Source of the DNA: a virus
Lineage: Duplodnaviria > Caudoviricetes
IMG/VR virus record: IMGVR_UViG_3300014205_000200
Span: 1-64,000 of that record
Reading direction: 5' to 3' (one strand)
Length of the DNA stretch: 64,000 nt
Positions 34,719 to 43,541 of this stretch are shown one piece after another; position 1 is the first letter of the stretch; every line of letters starts with the position of its first letter. A model generated the notes under the pieces. That model was not told the DNA's origin and did not search any database. It saw only the letters and a list, made by a program, of their open reading frames with translations. Position numbers and translations under genes: made by a program.

Positions 34719-34940
34719 ATGAAGAAGCAGATCTATCTGGTGACGAAGTGGACTCCGGTCTACGAGAGCGTGGAGGCGGTGGCGGCCTTCGAGTTGAAGC
34801 GTCAGGCGGAGGTCCATCGAGACTTCCTGCGTGCCCAAGAGGAGAAGAAGAAGTCGATCATCGACGTCGTGATCAACGTCGAGCCGGTCCCCTACACGCG
34901 GGCCCGGCCGTCGGTGGCGAAGAAGAAGCCGACCCGCTGA
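34719..34940 (+). CDS. hypothetical protein
   Basis: GAGG upstream of ATG 34719. Confidence 0.5.
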   Translation: MKKQIYLVTKWTPVYESVEAVAAFELKRQAEVHRDFLRAQEEKKKSIIDVVINVEPVPYTRARPSVAKKKPTR

Positions 34941-34958
34941 CGAGGGAAGATTCAGGGC

Positions 34959-35270
34959 ATGAAGCAATGCCGACTCTGCCCCTGGAAGGTCTCGACCGAC
35001 CCGACCCAGATCCCCAACGGCTACTCGGAGACCGCCCACCGGGCACTCCGGAGTACGATCGCCTCCCAGGGGACGTCGTTCCCTCCCCTGCGGATGATGG
35101 CCTGCCACGAGACGCCCGTCGGGGCCGAACGGGCGTGCGCCGGCTGGGTCAACAACCAGCTGGGACCCGGGAACAACATCCCGCTCCGGCTGGCCGCCCT
35201 CCGGGGCCTGATCGAGCCCTTCGAGGTTGAGGGCCCGCAGCACGAGCGGTTCGAGGACACGCTCCCTTGA
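34959..35270 (+). CDS. Cys-rich protein, DUF6283-like
   Basis: CRLCPW...MACHET...CAGW; GAAGAT-N7-ATG. Confidence 0.65.
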   Translation: MKQCRLCPWKVSTDPTQIPNGYSETAHRALRSTIASQGTSFPPLRMMACHETPVGAERACAGWVNNQLGPGNNIPLRLAALRGLIEPFEVEGPQHERFEDTLP

Positions 35271-35467
35271 AGACCGAGGTCGGAGACCTGACGGAGCCGG
35301 AACGACTTGCGGATCTTGAGCACGCGATCGTGGTGGCGGCTCAGGCGTTGGTAGAGGTTCGGTTTACCGACGTTTCGGCGATCGAGGCCTACGGGGTGCT
35401 GTACCGAGCGGTGCAGGCCTACAACGCTTTCGTGGCCGAGATGAAGAAAGAGGGAGACGATGCCTAA
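35267..35467 (+). CDS. hypothetical protein
   Basis: Overlap chain. Confidence 0.4.
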   Translation: MKTEVGDLTEPERLADLEHAIVVAAQALVEVRFTDVSAIEAYGVLYRAVQAYNAFVAEMKKEGDDA

Positions 35468-35705
35468 GAAGCCGAGTGCCGAGACGGAGCTGAGGAGCCG
35501 GGCGAAGCAGAAGCCGTCGAATTGGAAGTCGTCCCCGGAGGCGACGGTGAGTGAGCCGCTCAAAGCCTGCCCGCACTGCGGTGACACGCGCGAAGGTTTC
35601 GGTTTTAATGTCCGCAAGGCCAAGTGCCAGGCCTGCGGAAAGCGGGTTCGGTTGGACGGAACCGAGGCGGTAGCGACCCGTCGTGAAGGAGAAGATGAAG
35701 TCTAA
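35460..35705 (+). CDS. small zinc-ribbon protein
   Basis: CPHCG...CQACG. Confidence 0.5.
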   Translation: MPKKPSAETELRSRAKQKPSNWKSSPEATVSEPLKACPHCGDTREGFGFNVRKAKCQACGKRVRLDGTEAVATRREGEDEV

Positions 35706-35907
35706 GACGGACGACCGGCAGGTTCGCCGAGTTTGCGGGCAGCACCATCTCCGGGGCTGCACCAGCAAGACGCGCCAGACCTTGCGGTTGATGGATGCCC
35801 TCACAGGAGTCGTGCCGGCGACCATTCAACCGATCGACCTCCCGGGCGGCGAACGTTGGCGAGTTCTGTTGGTGGAGCTGAACGTCACGGACGTCGAGGA
35901 GGCTTGA
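35695..35907 (+). CDS. hypothetical protein
   Basis: GGAG upstream. Confidence 0.35.
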   Translation: MKSKTDDRQVRRVCGQHHLRGCTSKTRQTLRLMDALTGVVPATIQPIDLPGGERWRVLLVELNVTDVEEA

Positions 35908-35958
35908 TTCCGATATCCCCTTGCAGCAATCGAATGGGTCCGGTACCGTTTCGGCACT

Positions 35959-36948
35959 ATGGGAGACGATACAGCGCCCGATCCGAAGCGGCGCCGAGCT
36001 GGCCGGCCGATCGGTGGACGGAAGATCGATGACGCGCTCCGGGCCCGGATGGTGGCCCTCTACCGGCTGACGCCCGGGAAGGCGACGCCGGTGTGGCGCG
36101 CGCTCAAGAGCGAGGGCATCGAGGTCTCGATGTCGACCGTCACCCGGATGTGGCTCGACGGCCAGCGCAACTATTCGGTGGAGCCGATCCGCGACCAGCT
36201 GCGGCGCGAGGGCCTGTGGGCCGATGACCCGACCGACAAGCTGGCGGCCCGGTTGGTCGTGAGCGAGCCGATGAAGGTCCGGAAGGGCCGACGCATCCGG
36301 CGGGCGGTGGTGCTGAAGCTCGGCGACGAGGAGAGGGAGCGGATCCAGGCCGAGCAGGCCCGGCTGGCGGTCGCTCAGGCGAAGGTCGACGCCGAACGGG
36401 CGGACCTGAAGGCCGAGCGCGAGGCTCTCGAGCCCTACCGGGAGGCGGCCGAGCGGGTCGTCGTCGACGCCGTGAAGGAGCGGAGCCGGGAGGCGTTGGT
36501 CGCCCGGTCGGCCGTCAACGTCGCGATGGGCCAGCTGGGCAACCTAGGGTTGGTCGGGCCGGCTATGAACGAGCTGGCGCGGTCGATCGGTCAGAAGATC
36601 GGCCAGCTGGCGGCGTCCGGTCAGGTGACGGTGGCGGATGGTCTGCGGTTGCTTGACCGCTACGCGCAGACGACCTGGCGGATCCAGCAGATGGCCCACA
36701 AGGCGATGACGATGATGCGACTGCACCTCGGCGAGCCGGGGGAGATCGTCCAGATGGTGGCGCCGGTCGGGGCCGACGGCGTGACGGACGACGATCTGAA
36801 TGCCTTGATCGAGGAGCTGGGGGTCGAGGGCCTCCAGCAGGCGATCGCCGATCTGGCGGCCGGGCGCGGGACCGAGCTGGCGACCAAGCTACTGAACCTT
36901 CAGTGGCAGCGCCAGGAAGGGGTGACCGGTAGACCGGAGATTCATTGA
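35959..36948 (+). CDS. terminase small subunit candidate (N-terminal HTH + coiled coil)
   Basis: HTH-like RARMVALYRL...VWRALKSEGIEVSMSTVTRMW; long helix; lies just upstream of the TerL ATPase. Confidence 0.55.
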   Translation: MGDDTAPDPKRRRAGRPIGGRKIDDALRARMVALYRLTPGKATPVWRALKSEGIEVSMSTVTRMWLDGQRNYSVEPIRDQLRREGLWADDPTDKLAARLVVSEPMKVRKGRRIRRAVVLKLGDEERERIQAEQARLAVAQAKVDAERADLKAEREALEPYREAAERVVVDAVKERSREALVARSAVNVAMGQLGNLGLVGPAMNELARSIGQKIGQLAASGQVTVADGLRLLDRYAQTTWRIQQMAHKAMTMMRLHLGEPGEIVQMVAPVGADGVTDDDLNALIEELGVEGLQQAIADLAAGRGTELATKLLNLQWQRQEGVTGRPEIH

Positions 36949-36959
36949 AGGGAGGAGGC

Positions 36960-37127
36960 GATGGAACGGACAGTTGAGCAGATCAGGTTGGAGCTGGAGG
37001 AAGCGGCCCTCCGGCACGCGATGGGTGGTGGGTCGGCAGACCTGGACCGCCTGGCGCGCGAGCTACTGACGCGGGTTCAGCAGGACGCCACGGGCGACCT
37101 GGTGTTCGAGGCCTTGGAGGCGGCGTG
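36960..37127 (+). CDS. hypothetical protein (55 aa)
   Basis: GGAGG before ATG 36960; TGA overlaps the GTG of the TerL ATPase gene. Confidence 0.45.
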
Positions 37128-38018
37128 ACGGCAGTCTTGAACGTGAACGATCTCGATACCGAGCGGCTCCGGGATCTCCGGCGGTCGCTCGGTATCGGGC
37201 TCAAGATGGGCCGACTCCGGATGACGACCAGCCACACGGCCTTCACCGAAGCGGTCGTGGCTGATGAGAAGGGTCGGCCGATCCGATCCGCCAGCATCCA
37301 CCGGATCTGGGACGCTCACTTTGAAGCCTGCCGGGCGGCCGGGCTCTACTGCGCGATCGTCGCCCCCTTCGGCCACGGCAAGACGGTGCGGAACATCGTC
37401 AGCCGGGCCAGTTACGAGATCGGGCGGGACGTGAACCAACGGATTAAGCTCGTCAGCTCGGTCGACAACAACGCCAAGCACCGCGTGATGGCGGTCAGCA
37501 GCATCCTCAAGAAGGCGGCCTACCGTCGCCTTTACCCGCACGTGCGCGAGATGACGGCCAAGGAGGCGCGGACCAGCGGCGCCCCGAAGGAGTGGACGCA
37601 GCACAGCATCTACCTGAAGCGACCCGGCTTCTCGATCGACCCGACCCTCCAGGCGTTCGGCGTCCTCGGCTCGGGCGTCGGTGCCCGGTGCGACGGCTAC
37701 TTCTTCGACGACGTGGTGGACTTCCGGAACACGCTCGAGAAGCCGGCCCTTCGGGAGAAGGTGATCGACGCGATCGACAACGTCTGGCTGTCGCGACTCG
37801 AGCCCTGGGGGTGGGTGATGTACGTCGGGACGCCCTGGCACGAGTCGGACGCGACCCACTGGATCCTGAAGCAGAAGGGCTGGTCGATCCTGTGGCAGAA
37901 CATCAAATCCGACTTCAGCTGCATCGAGCAGAAGGTCTACAACCCTCCGCCCAACTACCCGATCCCGGCCTACAGCCGGGTCGTTGGCGACTCGATCAAG
38001 AGCGAGCGTTGGGTCTGA
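37125..38018 (+). CDS. terL: terminase large subunit, N-terminal ATPase half
   Basis: APFGHGKT (Walker A), GVLGSGVGARCD, YFFDDVVD (Walker B), VGTPWHESD (motif III); stops before the nuclease domain. Confidence 0.9.
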   Translation: MTAVLNVNDLDTERLRDLRRSLGIGLKMGRLRMTTSHTAFTEAVVADEKGRPIRSASIHRIWDAHFEACRAAGLYCAIVAPFGHGKTVRNIVSRASYEIGRDVNQRIKLVSSVDNNAKHRVMAVSSILKKAAYRRLYPHVREMTAKEARTSGAPKEWTQHSIYLKRPGFSIDPTLQAFGVLGSGVGARCDGYFFDDVVDFRNTLEKPALREKVIDAIDNVWLSRLEPWGWVMYVGTPWHESDATHWILKQKGWSILWQNIKSDFSCIEQKVYNPPPNYPIPAYSRVVGDSIKSERWV

Positions 38019-38044
38019 CGGCGAGGTGGTGGGCTGCTGACCTC

Positions 38045-38060
38045 GAGAACGCGCGTTCTC
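38045..38060. repeat. 16-bp palindrome copy 7 (26 nt after the TerL ATPase stop, abutting a GGGAAGAT motif)
   Basis: Exact. Confidence 0.95.
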
Positions 38061-38076
38061 GGGGGAAGATGGGGGT

Positions 38077-38427
38077 ATGGAACGAGGATCGTGCCTGACG
38101 CTCACCGCCCTGGTTAAAGCCCTGGAGAAGTTCGACCCTGACCAGGTGGTGTCGGCCGGGTTCGGTTCCGCGGATTCGTATCGGGGCTATTACGAAGATC
38201 TCGCCTTTGCGCCCGGGCGCGAGACGACGGTTCGCCAGATGATGATGGTCGCCCGGGCGGCGGAAGGTCAGACCTTCGAGGCCTACAAGGGCGGAAGCTA
38301 CCGGGCCACCGGGGAGACGCTCTGCTGGTTGGCCGACTGGGGTAAGTTGGGTGAGCCGCTCACGTTGGAGCGACTCCTGTCGATGGTGCTCGGTCCGATC
38401 GTTCCGCCCGAGAAGTCGGAGGGTTGA
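38077..38427 (+). CDS. conserved hypothetical phage protein
   Basis: SYRGYYEDLAF...TFEAYKGG; GAAGAT-N6-ATG. Confidence 0.6.
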   Translation: MERGSCLTLTALVKALEKFDPDQVVSAGFGSADSYRGYYEDLAFAPGRETTVRQMMMVARAAEGQTFEAYKGGSYRATGETLCWLADWGKLGEPLTLERLLSMVLGPIVPPEKSEG

Positions 38428-38753
38428 CGATGGAGTCCGAATTCCAAACCGAGCGGGAGGCGGAGCGGACCAGCTATCGGGTCTCGACCGGCGACGTCAT
38501 CCGTCGGGCCCTGATGGAGTTCTTTGCTCGCGAGGGTTGCCCGGTCTCAACCGAGCCCGGGCCCGACACCCCGATTCCGCGCGGCTACCCCGGGACGCCG
38601 GTTCCACGGCCGCCAGTTGTGTCCGTCCTGCCCGGGCGGGAGGAGCGATTGGAGGCGGAGCGTCGCCGGCTGATGGCGCTGGCGAACGACGATCCGGCCT
38701 TCGGGTGGGACTTGAAGCGAGTCGAACTGCAGCTGGCCAGTTTGGAGGAGTAG
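38424..38753 (+). CDS. hypothetical protein
   Basis: 109 aa, overlap chain. Confidence 0.45.
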   Translation: MTMESEFQTEREAERTSYRVSTGDVIRRALMEFFAREGCPVSTEPGPDTPIPRGYPGTPVPRPPVVSVLPGREERLEAERRRLMALANDDPAFGWDLKRVELQLASLEE

Positions 38754-39067
38754 TCATGACCGCAATCAACAGCCCTTCTGAGGTGTCGTCCGTCGACTAC
38801 GGCCCGGTGCAGGCGCGCTACTGGGACGTGACCGACGAAGTGCTGACGACGATGGCGGACTGTCTGGGGGTTCGTTGGCCGGACGAAGAGGCGGCGACGA
38901 TCCGCCACTACCTGGCCGCTACCTTTCAGGAGGTGACCCAGGGGAAGATGGGGGCGACCGACAGCCAGGACCCCGGGCGTAGCGCCGACCGGGTCTGCCG
39001 TTGCTTCAGCCCGGGCGCCTCGGCCGGGGGTCAGTCACCGGGGCGACCTGAACCCAACGGGGGATCG

Positions 39068-39307
39068 ATGAAGAAGGTTTGCGACGGCGGCCCGACGGTG
39101 GAGTTCGGATCCGGCGTGGCGACGATGGAGTGGTACGAGGCCCGGGCGTGCGAGTGGGCGCTGGACCGGGCGGGTTGAAGCGTCCAGCGGGCGGCCCGGA
39201 TGCTCAACATCGGGCGCGCGACCCTGTACCGCAACATTCGGCGGTACGGTTTGGAGCGGTTGGTGGTTCGCGTTCGTCCGGTTCCTTCGCCGGCCTCGGG
39301 TGAGTGA
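39068..39307 (+). pseudogene. Fis-type HTH protein interrupted by an in-frame TGA (39176-39178)
   Basis: TMEWYEARACEWALDRAG*SVQRAARMLNIGRATLYRNIRRYGL. Confidence 0.72.
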
Positions 39308-39530
39308 CGATGCGGGCGTGACGGCCCGATCGCTCGTGCAGGCACTCCGTCGCATCCCGTCCGTCGTCGAGGTTCAGACCTTCGATCGCCCGGCCGGCGG
39401 AGTGGAGGTTCGGCTCTGGGTCTACGAGGGCCCGGGGCCGACCGACCTGTGGTTCGGCCAGCTGGCGGTCCGCCACCTTGGCCTCGAGCTGGCCAGCTTC
39501 GATCTCTACCGGATCCCCCGGGTGGACTAG
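39300..39530 (+). CDS. hypothetical protein
   Basis: 76 aa. Confidence 0.45.
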   Translation: MSDDAGVTARSLVQALRRIPSVVEVQTFDRPAGGVEVRLWVYEGPGPTDLWFGQLAVRHLGLELASFDLYRIPRVD

Positions 39531-39534
39531 GGCC

Positions 39535-39550
39535 GAGAACGCGCGTTCTT
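39535..39550. repeat. 16-bp palindrome copy 8 (15/16)
   Basis: GAGAACGCGCGTTCTT. Confidence 0.85.
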
Positions 39551-39586
39551 GTTTAGTCCACCCGTCCGAAGGGAAGATGGGTGCCG

Positions 39587-39826
39587 ATGAGCAGCCCCGA
39601 CGACGAGAAGGTCAACCACCCACCGCACTACGGCGGCGACACCACCTACGAGGTGATCAAGGTCCTGGACGCCTGGCAGATTGGGTTCACGCTCGGCAAC
39701 GTGGTCAAGTACGTCGCCCGGGCGGGGAAGAAGGGCGACGAGTCATCGTTGGTCGATCTCAAGAAGGCGGCCTGGTACCTGGCGCACGAGATCGAACGAC
39801 GGGAGAAGGCCGAAGCTGGTCGGTGA
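39587..39826 (+). CDS. DUF3310-like protein
   Basis: VNHPPHY...EVIKV...GFTLGNVVKYVARAGKKG...DLKKAAWYL. Confidence 0.85.
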   Translation: MSSPDDEKVNHPPHYGGDTTYEVIKVLDAWQIGFTLGNVVKYVARAGKKGDESSLVDLKKAAWYLAHEIERREKAEAGR

Positions 39827-40443
39827 TGGACCATCGCCGCTACCGGCCGCCCTTCTGGAAATCCAAGGACCGGGGCCCGAACGGCCGTCGGCTGTGCCGC
39901 CAGTGCGGGACCGAGGTACCGAAGGGCCGGCAGACCTGGTGTAGTAAGGCGTGCGTCGACCACTACACCGACCGGACGCCGGCCGGGTTCCGGAAGGCCG
40001 TCCTGGACGCCTCGGACGGCCGGTGTGCGCTGTGCGGGTGGGATGTCCGCTGGTTGATTGCGCGGTACGATCGGATCCTGAGGCGTCAGTCGCGGCTCGT
40101 CGGCCGGTGGTTCGATCGGGAGCAGGCGGCTCTCCGGCGGGCCCTCCGCCATCCGGGCCGCCGTCACCGCCCTCGGTCGTACCCCCGGCGGTGGTTGGGC
40201 TCGTGGTTGAGGGGGTGGCTCGCCCGACGGGGCGTCGACCTGTCGCGGTCGCTCCTGGAGGCCGACCACACGGTCCCGCTGATCGAGGGCGGGGACTTCG
40301 GTACCGCCAACGGTCGGGCGCTCTGCCGGCCCTGCCACAAGGCCCAGACGGCCGATCTGGCGAAGCGTCGGGCGGTCGGGCGGACGAGGCCCCGGCGGGT
40401 GCGCTCCTGGGGGGCGGGGCAGGGGGGAAGATCGAATCCATGA
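39826..40443 (+). CDS. HNH endonuclease with N-terminal zinc finger
   Basis: CRQCG...WCSKAC; CALCG; EADHTVPLIEGG...NGRALCRPCH. Confidence 0.85.
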   Translation: MDHRRYRPPFWKSKDRGPNGRRLCRQCGTEVPKGRQTWCSKACVDHYTDRTPAGFRKAVLDASDGRCALCGWDVRWLIARYDRILRRQSRLVGRWFDREQAALRRALRHPGRRHRPRSYPRRWLGSWLRGWLARRGVDLSRSLLEADHTVPLIEGGDFGTANGRALCRPCHKAQTADLAKRRAVGRTRPRRVRSWGAGQGGRSNP

Positions 40444-40655
40444 AGGCGATCAAAGGTATTCAGGTGGACGTCTACCCCGACCGGAGCGCGACCGGTTGGA
40501 ACTTCCTGGTTCAGCGCGAGGCCCCGACGCCGGAGGGCGAGCCTCACCTGAGCATGAGCGGGCACGCGGTCGAGCGGGCTCACGCGCTCGCGATGGCGGA
40601 GCGGATGGCGAAGGTGCTACGACTTGAGCTACGGGGCTTCGGGGTGAAGCTGTGA
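40440..40655 (+). CDS. hypothetical protein
   Basis: GAAGAT-N7-ATG. Confidence 0.5.
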   Translation: MKAIKGIQVDVYPDRSATGWNFLVQREAPTPEGEPHLSMSGHAVERAHALAMAERMAKVLRLELRGFGVKL

Positions 40656-41224
40656 TGGAGCCGCTCGACCGGCTGAAGGACATGATCTCCCGAGTGGGCT
40701 TCAGGGACCTGGTGTTGAGCGAGGGAAAGAAGGCGCATCAGGGTGTCCGGTTCTCAACCGACGACGACGGGCCGGGGATCGTGGTCTCGGCGGCGGGAAC
40801 TCGTTCCGTCGGTGGTGAGATCCCGGAAGGGATCTGCGTCGTCGACGTGGACTACGCTCTCTTTTGGCCCGAGCAGTGGGGCCTGCTGTCGGCCCGCAAG
40901 CTCGAGACGCTGACGGTCCAGAGCCCTCACGGGATTCATCTCTACTACCAGCTCCCCGAGCCGGCGAAGCGCATGTTCCCCTACCGGGTCGTCGATCTGA
41001 TGAACAGCCGGCTCGTGATGGGGACCGGGGGTGTGGTGCAGTCGGGCGGTGGCCCGACGAAGCGGTCGGTCGACTTCCTGGGGGTGGGGTGGATCGTCAT
41101 TCCGCCATCGCCCGGCTACATCCTCGTCAACCCGAGCCCGATCGCCCGGCTACCGCTCCCGATCGCCCGGTCGGTGTTGGGGGCCTTCTGGGACGATCGG
41201 GGAGCGTCGATGTGGTGGCGGTGA
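40652..41224 (+). CDS. bifunctional primase-polymerase (Prim-Pol) N-terminal-like domain
   Basis: VVDVD, TVQSPHGIHLYY, VDFLGVGWIVIPPS. Confidence 0.65.
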   Translation: MMEPLDRLKDMISRVGFRDLVLSEGKKAHQGVRFSTDDDGPGIVVSAAGTRSVGGEIPEGICVVDVDYALFWPEQWGLLSARKLETLTVQSPHGIHLYYQLPEPAKRMFPYRVVDLMNSRLVMGTGGVVQSGGGPTKRSVDFLGVGWIVIPPSPGYILVNPSPIARLPLPIARSVLGAFWDDRGASMWWR

Positions 41225-41292
41225 CGGCCTTCCGGATCGTCGCCCTGGCGGCCATCTTCAGCTACGCTCTGTGGGCGTTGCTGAGGTGATGG

Positions 41293-41520
41293 TTGCCGTC
41301 GATACGATCCACCCCGACCTGTCGCCGCCTTCGCCGTCGTCGCATCCGGACGATGGAGAAGGACCCCTGGTCGGGCGTCTACCAGCCGGGCGACTGGCGG
41401 TGGACGACCGAGCGATGTGGCGCCATGGTGGACGAAGCCGGACAGGAGTGCCCGGCCTGCGCGGTCGGCCTTCAGACGGACGATGACCAACTGATCCCCG
41501 AGATCGACCCGACCGGGTAG
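41293..41520 (+). CDS. small zinc-ribbon protein
   Basis: RCG...ECPACA. Confidence 0.4.
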   Translation: MPSIRSTPTCRRLRRRRIRTMEKDPWSGVYQPGDWRWTTERCGAMVDEAGQECPACAVGLQTDDDQLIPEIDPTG

Positions 41521-41538
41521 CGGGGGGAAGATGGTCCC

Positions 41539-41757
41539 GTGATGGAACCAGAGTCCCCCTGTCTGCATTGTGGCCAGCTGTTGGCCGGGCTGGCGCTCGT
41601 GCGCGAGTGCCCGATCTGCGCGATGGTGGGCTTGTGCCGGGCCTGCCTGGAGGAGCACGAGGGCGACTGCCAGGTGGGGGACGATCCCGACGTAGCGGTC
41701 GATCCCGGGCCCGACGGCGCGGACGAGCTGGACCACGACATCTGGGAGGTCGAATGA
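41539..41757 (+). CDS. small Cys-rich acidic protein
   Basis: CLHCG, CPIC, CRAC; GAAGAT-N6-GTG. Confidence 0.55.
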   Translation: MMEPESPCLHCGQLLAGLALVRECPICAMVGLCRACLEEHEGDCQVGDDPDVAVDPGPDGADELDHDIWEVE

Positions 41758-41966
41758 TCGACCCTGAAGCGCAGGAAGCGTGGGACCGCCAGGTCGCCCA
41801 CATGAAGTCGGTCGGCCAGTTGGATCCGTGCCCGGATGGGTCCTACTTCTGGCACGTAAGCGGCCAGGTGTGGCACGTGAAACCTTCTCTAAGCCTGAAG
41901 ACGATCGTCTGGCATCTTCATCGGTCGGCGGTCGAACCGACGCAAGAAGGTGGCTTGCAACCGTAA
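41754..41966 (+). CDS. hypothetical protein
   Basis: ATGA overlap. Confidence 0.4.
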   Translation: MIDPEAQEAWDRQVAHMKSVGQLDPCPDGSYFWHVSGQVWHVKPSLSLKTIVWHLHRSAVEPTQEGGLQP

Positions 41967-41990
41967 CGTTCTGCCCTTCATTCTCGGTGC

Positions 41991-42521
41991 ATGACGGAGG
42001 ACATCCGCCCCCCGCCGTTGACGCCCGTCGAGGAGGCGGCGATGGATCCGCGTGCTCGGTTCCGTTTGATCGAGCAGCGCCACCAGCAGGTCTTCCGGTC
42101 CCACTCGGGCGGTCCGGAGGCGGTCCTGGCCGCCTACCACTACGCGACGATGTACTTCCTGCGCGACACCGGCTTCCTGCTGGCCGAGTTGAAGCGGGCC
42201 TGGCAGGCGTTGGATCTGAAGGCACCGGCCGGGTCGCGGGAGGCGCCGAGTGCCCCGGTCTACGTTCAGGGTCCGGTGCCGGTCCTGCCTCCTAGGCCTC
42301 ATCAACCCAGCCAGCCGGTCCCGACGATGAAGCGGCCGGTCTCGGGGCCGACTCCGCCGCCGCCCCGGTACCCGCCCCCGCTGCCGGTCGATTCGGAGCT
42401 GATCAGCCGCATCAGCCAGGCGGTCGCGCGGGAGATCACCGGGCACCGGCAGATCGAGAGCGACGACGTGGATGAGCTGTTCCGCGAGCTTCAGGGGCCG
42501 GACCCGTCCGACGTGGAATGA
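41991..42521 (+). CDS. Pro-rich hypothetical protein
   Basis: 176 aa; TGA stop overlaps the palindrome. Confidence 0.55.
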   Translation: MTEDIRPPPLTPVEEAAMDPRARFRLIEQRHQQVFRSHSGGPEAVLAAYHYATMYFLRDTGFLLAELKRAWQALDLKAPAGSREAPSAPVYVQGPVPVLPPRPHQPSQPVPTMKRPVSGPTPPPPRYPPPLPVDSELISRISQAVAREITGHRQIESDDVDELFRELQGPDPSDVE

Positions 42522-42535
42522 GAACGCGCGTTCTC
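42520..42535. repeat. 16-bp palindrome copy 9 (overlaps a TGA stop, abutting a GGGAAGAT motif)
   Basis: Exact. Confidence 0.95.
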
Positions 42536-42572
42536 GGGGGAAGATGGCGTCGATGTTGTTAGAGGGAGTCGG

Positions 42573-42785
42573 GTGAAGGTGAATTCCACATGCTCGGTCT
42601 GCGGAGCGCCGGTCCAGATCGGCGATCGGATCTTCGTCTTGGTGACGGAGGACGGGCCGACGATCTCCCACGGGTGGTGCTTCCAACACCGGAGCTTCGG
42701 CTTCGAGCCCGACCAGAACCCAACGCTCCTCCACGCGCTCGAGGCCCGGGCCCGGTTGGCCTACGACCAGACGGGGGAAGCGTGA
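42573..42785 (+). CDS. small zinc-finger protein
   Basis: CSVCG...HGWC. Confidence 0.5.
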   Translation: MKVNSTCSVCGAPVQIGDRIFVLVTEDGPTISHGWCFQHRSFGFEPDQNPTLLHALEARARLAYDQTGEA

Positions 42786-43180
42786 ACCGCGGGCACGTCG
42801 AGGTCGTGGCGTTGATCCAGTGCGCGGCCGAGGTCTGCCTGGCGGCCCTGCAGGAGAGCGTGGGCCGGAAGCTCCTCCGCGCCCCGGTGCGGCCGGACGT
42901 CTACTACGGGTGCGTCATGAAGGCGGTCGGGCAGATCGATCTGGTGTTGCGGGTCCAGTGGGGGGCGGCCGGGATGCGGGCCGGCCCGATCGCGCTGGCG
43001 GTCCAGGCGGTCGACCTGCTGCGGCTCGGGATCACGATCGCGAACGCCAACCCGGCCGACGACTGGCTCCCCGTCCTGGTCCGCCGGGCCCATCAGCTGA
43101 CGGTCCTGGCCGGCCGGGGGAAGATGGCGATCGATGGCCCGACGAGACCCGACCGCCCTGCCGATGATGAGGAACGCTAG
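42782..43180 (+). CDS. hypothetical protein
   Basis: GTG overlap with the previous stop. Confidence 0.4.
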   Translation: MNRGHVEVVALIQCAAEVCLAALQESVGRKLLRAPVRPDVYYGCVMKAVGQIDLVLRVQWGAAGMRAGPIALAVQAVDLLRLGITIANANPADDWLPVLVRRAHQLTVLAGRGKMAIDGPTRPDRPADDEER

Positions 43181-43523
43181 CCTAGCGGCGGACCAGTACC
43201 GAGGCCTGGCGGCCGACTGGCACTTCGTCGTCTGCCGGTGTGGGTCCCGCTACCGGGTGGTCGGCCGAGCGGTCTTGGTTCGGCGAGAGGGTTGCCCGAG
43301 ATGCGGGCCCGACCCGGAGTGGCGCTACCGGTCGGCTGTCCGCCATCTGGTGTTCGAGGTCGAGTACTCCGGCGCCCCCGATCGGCTGGGTCGGCGTCAC
43401 GCCACCGTCCGGTGGGTCGAGCCCGGCAGCGGTCTTGAACGAGGCCAGGTCTTCTTCGGCTTCCCGGAGGAGATCGAGGCCCGGCTGCCCGGGCGGCGGG
43501 TTGTCGTCGAGGCGATCCGCTGA
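43134..43523 (+). CDS. hypothetical protein with zinc ribbon
   Basis: CRCG...CPRCG; GAAGAT-N8-ATG. Confidence 0.5.
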   Translation: MARRDPTALPMMRNASLAADQYRGLAADWHFVVCRCGSRYRVVGRAVLVRREGCPRCGPDPEWRYRSAVRHLVFEVEYSGAPDRLGRRHATVRWVEPGSGLERGQVFFGFPEEIEARLPGRRVVVEAIR

Positions 43524-43541
43524 CGAGGGAAGATGGGGGTC

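Noticed and set aside
39176-39178. Genome-wide TGA-to-Trp/Gly recoding
   Set aside because: Many well-defined genes end in TGA with ATGA/GTGA overlaps, and large conserved genes have no internal TGA; the code is standard
38351-39178. Single 275-aa ORF
   Set aside because: It appears to be a composite of separate small genes (starts near 38757 and 39068) that happen to share a frame
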